The notes beneath the pieces were generated by a model. The model did no database searches. It had not been told where the DNA came from and saw only the letters and a list, made by a program, of their open reading frames with translations. Below, piece after piece: positions 24,723 through 31,620 of a DNA stretch of 35,921 nt (its first letter is position 1; each line of letters opens with the position of its first letter). The position numbers were made by a program, and so were the translations under genes. The stretch covers positions 1 through 35,921 of IMG/VR virus record IMGVR_UViG_3300017978_000288. One strand, 5' to 3'. Source of the stretch: a virus.

Positions 24723-25364
24723 ATGGCAATTTTCGCTAAATCAAATGGTGGGGGAACTACCGAACGCAAATTAGTACCAGCAGGTAATCATGTAGCTAGA
24801 TGCTATGGAATGATTCAGATAGGTACAGTAGAACAGGAGTACATGGGAGAAAAGAAGAAGCTACACAAGGTTATGGTGGACTTCGAATTACCTCTTGAAA
24901 CGGCAGTATTTAAAGAAGGAGAAGAAGCTAAACCTTTTGTTATCTCTAAGGACTTTACACTATCTTTTAATGAGAAGTCTACTCTTCGTAAGATGTTAGA
25001 ATCATGGAGAGGTAAAGCATTTACAGATGCAGAAGCAGCTAACTTTGACATTTCTAAATTAGTTAGTGCACCATGTATGCTTAACATTGTACACAAGGCA
25101 TCTGCTGATGGCACAAAGACTTATGCAAACATTACAGGTATTACACCTATCCCTAAAGGATTGCAATGCCCCGAGCAAATGAACCCAACAAGAGTATTAG
25201 CTTACGATGCTTGGAATCAAGATTTGTTTATGACATTACCCGAATGGTTAGCTGATAAGATTAGTTCTACTCCAGAGTACAAAGCTAAATTCTCAATGGA
25301 TGCACCAAAGCAAGAAGCATTTAAGTTGGATAAAGTAGAAGATGACCAAACGCTTCCTTTTTAA
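24723..25364 (+). CDS. Single-stranded DNA-binding protein candidate (DUF669-like)
   Basis: 213 aa. The N-terminal region resembles DUF669-type phage SSBs (LVPAGNHVARCYGMIQIGT..). The acidic C-terminal tip VEDDQTLPF resembles the SSB interaction tail (DDDIPF). Confidence 0.55.
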   Translation: MAIFAKSNGGGTTERKLVPAGNHVARCYGMIQIGTVEQEYMGEKKKLHKVMVDFELPLETAVFKEGEEAKPFVISKDFTLSFNEKSTLRKMLESWRGKAFTDAEAANFDISKLVSAPCMLNIVHKASADGTKTYANITGITPIPKGLQCPEQMNPTRVLAYDAWNQDLFMTLPEWLADKISSTPEYKAKFSMDAPKQEAFKLDKVEDDQTLPF

Positions 25365-25404
25365 TTTCCATTTTAATAATTATATTTATAGAAAAATATA
25401 ATAT

Positions 25405-25929
25405 ATGAATAAGAAATGCTTTAAATGTGGTGAGGTTAAAATATTAGATGAATTTTATACTCATAAAAAAATGCCTGATGGTCATTTAAATAAATGTAAA
25501 TTATGTTCTAAGATTGATTCCAAAAAAAGATTTGATTTACTAAAATCTGATGTTGATTTTTTGGAAAAAGAACGAAAAAGAGCAAGGGAAAAGTATCATA
25601 GATTGTATTCAAATGTTGAAAAAAGCAACACCCATTATTCTATTAAAAAGATTTATTTATTAAAATTTCCAGAAAAAAAGAAAGCAAGGTCGATTTTAGG
25701 CAAAAAATTTAAAATTGATGGATTTCATAGGCATCATTGGTCATATAAAGAAGAACATTATTGTGATATTATTCATCTGACAATTAAAGAACATAGCAAG
25801 GCACATAGATTTTTAGTATATGACAATGAGCATTTTATGTATAGAAGATATGATAATATGACATTATTAGATACAAAGGATAAGCATTTTGAATTTATAA
25901 ATTATTGCATAAATAAATTAGAAGATTAG
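25405..25929 (+). CDS. Zinc-finger / HNH-like endonuclease candidate (free-standing)
   Basis: N-terminal CFKCGEVK...[10 protein letters not shown] zinc finger, common in phage HNH/AP2 endonucleases. His-rich C-terminal core [21 protein letters not shown]. The gene is conspicuously AT-rich. Confidence 0.45.
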   Translation: MNKKCFKCGEVKILDEFYTHKKMPDGHLNKCKLCSKIDSKKRFDLLKSDVDFLEKERKRAREKYHRLYSNVEKSNTHYSIKKIYLLKFPEKKKARSILGKKFKIDGFHRHHWSYKEEHYCDIIHLTIKEHSKAHRFLVYDNEHFMYRRYDNMTLLDTKDKHFEFINYCINKLED

Positions 25930-25946
25930 TTTAATTACAACACACA

Positions 25947-26228
25947 ATGAAACGCAACGCAAATAACTTAGTCAAGACAATTGAAAGAAGTGTTGGCTAC
26001 AAGGCAAGATTTATCTTCAAATTAGGAAACTTAGAAGAAGATTTAGAATCCGAAATTTTAGGTGTTACGGAATCGGGGAATATGGTTATTATTAATCACC
26101 CCGAACCGTTTCTAAACTTCTCAATCATGGAGGAGCATATCCACAAAGGCAAAAGAGAACTATTGCCTAAGTTGGTAAAACAAATGTGCATCCCAATCAA
26201 CAACATTTTAGCATTTAAGGTATTATGA
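25947..26228 (+). CDS. Hypothetical protein (93 aa)
   Basis: ORF with ACACAATG context. ATGA-type overlap with the next gene. Confidence 0.7.
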   Translation: MKRNANNLVKTIERSVGYKARFIFKLGNLEEDLESEILGVTESGNMVIINHPEPFLNFSIMEEHIHKGKRELLPKLVKQMCIPINNILAFKVL

Positions 26229-26485
26229 GGTACATGAATCCAATTAAAGAAGCACAAGATTTATTTGAAAAATTTACATTATATCTTGGTACAGATTCTG
26301 AAGGTATTGAATATTATGTTAATGATTTGGAAGCAAAAAGATGTGCTGATATTGCGGTGCATTTAATATTAGATTTTATTTCTTCTAATGTAATTCCATA
26401 TACTTATGATAAAGATTCAATAAAAGCCATAAAAGCTAACAGAGAACATTATATAAAAGTTTTAAAAGAAATAGAAAAGCTATGA
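26225..26485 (+). CDS. Hypothetical protein (86 aa)
   Basis: Translationally coupled ORF chain. Confidence 0.7.
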   Translation: MRYMNPIKEAQDLFEKFTLYLGTDSEGIEYYVNDLEAKRCADIAVHLILDFISSNVIPYTYDKDSIKAIKANREHYIKVLKEIEKL

Positions 26486-26703
26486 GTAAATCAAGAGAGA
26501 AATTACCAATCCCCAGAGAGAAGAGTTATTCAGAACTATTCCTGGAAACTGCAAGGCAGTTAAATGAGGATAAGAAGCTACCATACAGAGGTAGAGAGTA
26601 CACAATAGGAATTGTACAATCTCATGCCTACAACAACATTAACGACCCACAAGTAGAAGAATATTTAAAACGAATAGCAAATGAATGGTATAATTCCAAA
26701 TGA
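26482..26703 (+). CDS. Hypothetical protein (73 aa)
   Basis: Translationally coupled ORF chain. Confidence 0.7.
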   Translation: MSKSREKLPIPREKSYSELFLETARQLNEDKKLPYRGREYTIGIVQSHAYNNINDPQVEEYLKRIANEWYNSK

Positions 26704-26881
26704 TATCAAATGGGCAGAGCAACAAGACATACTTTCTAATGCCCATTGGGAACAAGTATTTCAGTTATTGGAGTTCATGATTAATGACATCTACCCAGGT
26801 GATTTTGATGAAAGAGCCCCAAGTGGAAATGTAAAGGATTATTTTAAAAACAAGTATCAACTAACATTTAAACAACAATAA
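26681..26881 (+). CDS. Hypothetical protein (66 aa)
   Basis: ORF overlapping the previous one by 23 nt. Confidence 0.6.
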   Translation: MNGIIPNDIKWAEQQDILSNAHWEQVFQLLEFMINDIYPGDFDERAPSGNVKDYFKNKYQLTFKQQ

Positions 26882-26882
26882 A

Positions 26883-27620
26883 ATGAACGCAGACATAATT
26901 ACAACACTAAAAGATGATAATGAGTATTACAATGGAGTAGGTAGAAACTACTTATCTAATTCAGACATTGGAGTTTTACTTCGTAACCCAAAGATGTTTG
27001 GTATTCAATCAGAGAAAACATTACCAATGTTACAAGGTAATTACTTTCATACTGCTTGCTTAGAGCCTCACAAATTAAAAGATTTTCCATTAGTTGATGC
27101 TTCTACCAGGACTACTAATTTATACAAGGATGCTTGCAAAGACAGAGGATTGGATTTCATGTTATTAAGCAAAGAGGCAGAAGAAGTAGATTACATGGTA
27201 AAGGCTTTAAGAGAAAATCGTGAACTATCTAATTTAGTTTGGGATAATGGTTGCAAATATGAAGTACCTACCATTGGAGAGATAATGAATTTACCTTTTA
27301 AGGGCAAAGCTGATATTATCAATGGAGATATGATTTACGACCTTAAAACTACTACTTCATTAGATGACTTTAAGTTTAGTGCTAAGAAGTATAACTACGA
27401 TTCCCAGGCAGCAATCTATCAGCAATTGTTTGGCAAGAATATGGCATTTATTGTTATTGAAAAGGGGACTAATCGTTTAGGATTCTTTAAGTGTTCGGAT
27501 GAATTTATTGAAACAGGTTGGACTAAGGTGTCCAAAGCAGTAGAAGTTTATAACAACTATTTTGGCATTAACTCTTACCTGGATGTTTCTCAATATTATA
27601 TTAACTCTTATTTATTTTAA
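26883..27620 (+). CDS. PD-(D/E)XK recombination exonuclease (RecE/YqaJ-like, DUF3799-type)
   Basis: FKGKADIINGDMIYDLKTT (D...D.K nuclease core) and QAAIYQQLFG (Q...Y motif). Confidence 0.6.
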   Translation: MNADIITTLKDDNEYYNGVGRNYLSNSDIGVLLRNPKMFGIQSEKTLPMLQGNYFHTACLEPHKLKDFPLVDASTRTTNLYKDACKDRGLDFMLLSKEAEEVDYMVKALRENRELSNLVWDNGCKYEVPTIGEIMNLPFKGKADIINGDMIYDLKTTTSLDDFKFSAKKYNYDSQAAIYQQLFGKNMAFIVIEKGTNRLGFFKCSDEFIETGWTKVSKAVEVYNNYFGINSYLDVSQYYINSYLF

Positions 27621-27621
27621 C

Positions 27622-27810
27622 ATGAAATCACAACACCAATTTAGAACAAATCAACTAGGTATTACTTATAACCAGTATGGGGAAAACCTACACAAACAAC
27701 TTCAACTTAACTATCAAAAACTAAAACTAAATGGCAAAGAATTTAAATCAACATCAGCAAGCATTAAAAGACAACCGAGAGGTAATCACCAAAATGTTAC
27801 AAGAATATGA
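27622..27810 (+). CDS. Hypothetical Gln/Asn/Lys-rich protein (62 aa)
   Basis: The ATG is 1 nt after the exonuclease stop, and its stop overlaps the next ATG (ATGA). The ORF-track start at 27562 lies inside the exonuclease gene. Confidence 0.45.
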   Translation: MKSQHQFRTNQLGITYNQYGENLHKQLQLNYQKLKLNGKEFKSTSASIKRQPRGNHQNVTRI

Positions 27811-28031
27811 AGAAGCTAAAAGCACTCCTAATTGTAACCCCATTAGTATTATTGCTAACAACTATTTTATCATGGAGTTCAAAATCTCAGATGATGAACA
27901 CGCAAACACACTTGGTATATGACCCAAATGACTTTCAAGAAACTTTTCATGATGATTTTGATTCTTCTTATGTCTTTTATGGTTGCAAGTACTTTACATT
28001 TAAACTAAAACATAAGTGCAATGGAAAATAA
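27807..28031 (+). CDS. Small secreted/membrane protein (74 aa) with N-terminal signal-like segment
   Basis: MKKLKALLIVTPLVLLLTTILSWSS followed by a polar domain containing two Cys. Confidence 0.55.
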   Translation: MKKLKALLIVTPLVLLLTTILSWSSKSQMMNTQTHLVYDPNDFQETFHDDFDSSYVFYGCKYFTFKLKHKCNGK

Positions 28032-28254
28032 ATTAACGGCAGTAGAATGGCTAATTCAAAGAATTGTAGGACATACAACATTGCCTATTGAAACCATTAA
28101 TGAATTAATTTCAAAATCAACATCAATGGAGAAAGAGCAGATAATAAATGCTCATTTACAAGGATGGGAAGATGCTTATGATTATTTAATAGATAAAGAT
28201 TTAGAAGCAAGACAAGCAGAACAATATTACAACGAAACTTATGGCACGAATTAG
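28021..28254 (+). CDS. Hypothetical protein (77 aa)
   Basis: ORF in the coupled chain. Confidence 0.7.
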   Translation: MENKLTAVEWLIQRIVGHTTLPIETINELISKSTSMEKEQIINAHLQGWEDAYDYLIDKDLEARQAEQYYNETYGTN

Positions 28255-28510
28255 AGGAAAAACACTAACGCAAGATGAACTTAATTGCCCAGTTTGCAAT
28301 TTTGATTATTCTAAAACTAACCTGGCAAAAAGATTTTTTAAAGCAGGTAATATGTTTTCAATAAGCTTTAATTGTGAATGTGAAAGTAGGCTACTACTTA
28401 GGTCAATGTCAAGGTACATGAAAATCTACGATGCAACAGAAATGCGTAGAAAGCAGTATTTAAAAGCAAAGATGGACAGGATTAAACTGAAAGAAAATGG
28501 AGGAAGTTAA
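28241..28510 (+). CDS. Hypothetical zinc-ribbon protein (89 aa)
   Basis: CPVC...CEC cysteine pairs. Confidence 0.7.
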   Translation: MARIRGKTLTQDELNCPVCNFDYSKTNLAKRFFKAGNMFSISFNCECESRLLLRSMSRYMKIYDATEMRRKQYLKAKMDRIKLKENGGS

Positions 28511-28742
28511 TCAAGATGAGTATTACCAAATGGCAATTGATTGGGCTACTGATTTTATTGAAACAAAAGAGCCAATGATTGACTTTAAATGTTACGATAA
28601 TATCATAATTCACAATTCTCATGATTCATTATCAGTTTCAATTAATAGATTGAAATTCTCGAAAAACAGAGAACAATTTGCATCATTTATTAGAATTAAG
28701 AAATTTAAAGATTGGATAAACACACAACAAAATGAAAACTAA
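28497..28742 (+). CDS. Hypothetical protein (81 aa)
   Basis: ORF in the coupled chain. Confidence 0.7.
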   Translation: MEEVNQDEYYQMAIDWATDFIETKEPMIDFKCYDNIIIHNSHDSLSVSINRLKFSKNREQFASFIRIKKFKDWINTQQNEN

Positions 28743-29208
28743 ACAATTAGCATTAGGTGATTTCTTGCAAGAATTATTAAGTAAGTTTCACTACTCTATT
28801 AAAGACCAAGAATTACTTGATTCATTAAATGAAACAAAATTAATTGCAACAGAAGGCTTAGAATTAATTTACCACATTGATAAACCAATTGCATTACCTC
28901 AAATTGCAAAAGTAAGTGCCCAGGAGATACTTCAAGAAGTCAATCAAAAAGAAGAGCATTTCAATAAGTTTTGGGAAATGTATGATAAAAAGATTGGCAC
29001 TAAGGATGCAAAGACAAAGTTTTTAAAGCTACCTGTAAAGGATATTGAGAAAATATTTGAAACTTTGCCCCACTATTTAAAATCCACACCTGATATTAAG
29101 TTTAGAAAGCATCCTGTAACATACCTTAATCAACGAACCTGGGAAGATGAAGGTTATATCCAAAAGATGATTATTAGACCACAGGCTTCAAACCATTTTA
29201 AGTTTTAA
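28732..29208 (+). CDS. Hypothetical replication-module protein (158 aa)
   Basis: FNKFWEMYDKKIGTKDAKTKFLKL ... HPVTYLNQRTWEDE is a pattern I have seen in uncharacterised phage proteins next to replication genes. Function unknown. Confidence 0.75.
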   Translation: MKTKQLALGDFLQELLSKFHYSIKDQELLDSLNETKLIATEGLELIYHIDKPIALPQIAKVSAQEILQEVNQKEEHFNKFWEMYDKKIGTKDAKTKFLKLPVKDIEKIFETLPHYLKSTPDIKFRKHPVTYLNQRTWEDEGYIQKMIIRPQASNHFKF

Positions 29209-29210
29209 AC

Positions 29211-30059
29211 ATGAATGTACTAAGCTTATTTGATGGGATGTCTTGTGGACAACAAGCATTAGAAAGAGCAGGTATAAAAGTAGATAAATACTTTGCTTCG
29301 GAAATAAAGCCTCATGCTATAAAAGTAACTCAACATAACTATCCTAATACGATTCAGATTGGAGATGTTACAAAAGTATTTGCTAAGGATTTGCCAAAGA
29401 TTGATTTGTTAATTGGTGGTTCTCCTTGCCAAGATTTTAGTTTAGCTAACAGAGAGAAGAAAGGATTAGAAGGAATAAAATCTGGGTTATTTTATGAGTA
29501 TTTAAGATTACTTAAAGAATTAAATCCTAAGTATTTTCTTTTGGAGAATGTTGCTATGGATGACAAAAGTTATAGTATTATTTCTCATTTAATGGGAGGA
29601 TTCCCAGTAGATATAAATTCAGAATTAGTTTCAGGACAATTAAGGCAGAGAAGTTATTGGACTAATATAGGTCCAGTAGAAAAAGATTTGTTTGGTATGT
29701 CTTATTCAAAAATTCCACAACCAAAGGATAAAAAGATTAGCCTACAATCTATTCTTGAAAATGGTTATACTGATAGATTCAAAGCAAGATGTATTTTGGA
29801 ATCAGAAAGTAGACCATTAAAAAGTAAGGATAAAATGTTTAAAAGATATTCATCAACTGGATTTGGAAATATTGTTTATGACAATCAAGATTGCAGGTAT
29901 AATGAGAATATTAGAATATTAACTCAAACAGAACTCGAAAGACTTCAAACTGTAAAGGAAGGATATACATCAATTTTATCAAGAAATGATGCTGCCTGCT
30001 TACTTGGAGATGGGTGGACAGTTGATGTAATTGCCCATATTTTAAGTTATATAAAGTAA
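29211..30059 (+). CDS. DNA (cytosine-5)-methyltransferase, orphan
   Basis: Motif I LSLFDGMSCG, motif IV GGSPCQDFS, motif VI LLENV, QRSYW, and C-terminal LLGDGWTVDVIAHI. Confidence 0.9.
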   Translation: MNVLSLFDGMSCGQQALERAGIKVDKYFASEIKPHAIKVTQHNYPNTIQIGDVTKVFAKDLPKIDLLIGGSPCQDFSLANREKKGLEGIKSGLFYEYLRLLKELNPKYFLLENVAMDDKSYSIISHLMGGFPVDINSELVSGQLRQRSYWTNIGPVEKDLFGMSYSKIPQPKDKKISLQSILENGYTDRFKARCILESESRPLKSKDKMFKRYSSTGFGNIVYDNQDCRYNENIRILTQTELERLQTVKEGYTSILSRNDAACLLGDGWTVDVIAHILSYIK

Positions 30060-30071
30060 AACAACAACACT

Positions 30072-31427
30072 ATGAAACAAGATAAAATTGCATTTACTGA
30101 TTTAGATGCCGAAAGAGAAGTATTAGCACTTCTAATGAACCATCCTAACTACACAAGGGACATCCAGAAGATAATAACTCCAGATGTGTTTCACTTTGGC
30201 ACAACTAAAGCCGTTTATTTGACTTGCGTTGAATTATTTTCCGAAAAAGGGACATTCACTCAATCAGATATTATTATACGCTTAAAATCAAAAGGAAGCA
30301 ATGATTGGGTAGATGTAATGATGGCATCAACAACAAGAACTCCTTTGAATGCTCAAGAGGTTATCTTATACTTAGCAGAACTAAAAGGTAAAAGAGATTT
30401 ATTAACATTAACTCGTGAGGTCAATAATGCACTTGTAAATGGTGAAGATTATTTCACAATTGTTGATAAGATTAGCAATGTAACCTCCAATGATTTAATT
30501 AGAGAGGATACTAATGAGATACTAGACATGAAGTCTGCATTAGGTAATGCTATTAACAATATTGGCGATGTAATGACTAATGGTAGCTTATCAGGAGTGC
30601 CAACAGGATACAACATCTTAGATAATGTTACAGGGGGTTGGTTAAAAGGTAATGTTATATTATTTGCAGCACGACCTGGGCAAGGAAAGACTATTTGTTT
30701 GCTTGAACACTCACGATGTGCAGGAGAGATGAATAAGAAGGTATTATTCTTATCATTAGAGATGCCAGTTGTTTCTTTGATTTACCGAATGATTAGTGGT
30801 CAATTAGTTGATTCAACTCCTTACTCTAAAATCAAAACAGGAAGAATAGATATTAATCAATTCAATAACATTCAAAAGCAAGCAGTAAAAAACTTAGAGA
30901 AGCTACCTATAACATGGTATGATGGGGCTAATAGAGATATTAATTACCTATCCACATTAATACAAAAGATTGTTAGAGAAAAGAACATTGATATGGTTGT
31001 GGTAGACTACTTGCAACTTATCACAGATAGTTCAATTAGAAGCAATGATGAAACGGCAGTAGTTGGAAGTGTATCCAAGAAGATACAACAATTAGCTAAA
31101 AAGTTAAACATTCCATTCCTTTGTGCTGCTCAACTTAATCGCCAATCAGAAGGTAGAACATCTCACCGACCAAAGTTGTCTGATTTGCGTTCTTCTGGAC
31201 AAATAGAACAAGATGCTTCGGTAGTTATTGGATTGTATCGTGATGACTATTATAAGTATGAGAAAGCCAAAGAAGAAGGTAATACTAATGTGGTTTATGA
31301 CAATATTATAGAATATATATTTATGAAGAATAGAGATGGGGATACTAGGACTGCTGACCTTTACATTGATGTAGCAACAAGCAAGATTAGAGAAACAAAC
31401 CCAAGCTACACTTCACCAGGATTTTAA
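30072..31427 (+). CDS. dnaB: Replicative DNA helicase DnaB
   Basis: GVPTGYNILDNVTGGW, Walker A ARPGQGKT, Walker B VVVDYLQLI, AAQLNRQSE, SDLRSSGQIEQDA. Confidence 0.9.
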   Translation: MKQDKIAFTDLDAEREVLALLMNHPNYTRDIQKIITPDVFHFGTTKAVYLTCVELFSEKGTFTQSDIIIRLKSKGSNDWVDVMMASTTRTPLNAQEVILYLAELKGKRDLLTLTREVNNALVNGEDYFTIVDKISNVTSNDLIREDTNEILDMKSALGNAINNIGDVMTNGSLSGVPTGYNILDNVTGGWLKGNVILFAARPGQGKTICLLEHSRCAGEMNKKVLFLSLEMPVVSLIYRMISGQLVDSTPYSKIKTGRIDINQFNNIQKQAVKNLEKLPITWYDGANRDINYLSTLIQKIVREKNIDMVVVDYLQLITDSSIRSNDETAVVGSVSKKIQQLAKKLNIPFLCAAQLNRQSEGRTSHRPKLSDLRSSGQIEQDASVVIGLYRDDYYKYEKAKEEGNTNVVYDNIIEYIFMKNRDGDTRTADLYIDVATSKIRETNPSYTSPGF

Positions 31428-31450
31428 TTTGTTTTCATAGTGTTTAGTAG

Positions 31451-31486
31451 AATACCCATTGACTTTGTTGGTGGGTATTTTTGTTT
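31451..31486 (+). terminator. Rho-independent terminator ending the plus-strand arm
   Basis: AATACCCA / TGGGTATT 8-bp stem, 13-nt loop, then TTTTGTTT. Confidence 0.65.
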
Positions 31487-31527
31487 AAAAAAAAAGACCT
31501 GTTAGCAGTTCTTATGGTATGCTAACA
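31487..31527 (-). terminator. Rho-independent terminator ending the minus-strand arm
   Basis: TGTTAGCA / TGCTAACA 8-bp stem, 12-nt loop, and T9 on the minus strand after a 4-nt spacer. Two smaller hairpins precede it (GTCGG..CCGAC and AACGC..GCGTT at 31538-31612). Confidence 0.6.
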
Positions 31528-31620
31528 AGTACATTATAAAAGCAAAAGTCGGAGATATTCCCCGACCATGCTTAACAAACCACAACACCAATGAAACGCA
31601 ATAAACGCGTTGTAAAGGTA

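Noticed and set aside
23626-25114. Minus-strand ORFs 23626..23808 and 24815..25114 inside the plus-strand early arm
   Set aside because: They are antisense to coupled plus-strand genes (one of them the SSB-like gene). They have no flanking signals and low-complexity Ser/Leu translations.
27731-27922. 63-aa ORF overlapping two neighbouring ORFs out of frame
   Set aside because: Not listed as a feature because the flanking ORFs form a clean coupled chain without it. It is kept as a low-interest finding, because its sequence looks protein-like.
31530-31620. GC-richer hairpin-containing stretch examined as a possible tRNA
   Set aside because: The hairpin loops are 7-12 nt with 5-bp stems. No acceptor stem pairing, anticodon arm geometry or T-loop consensus exists on either strand.
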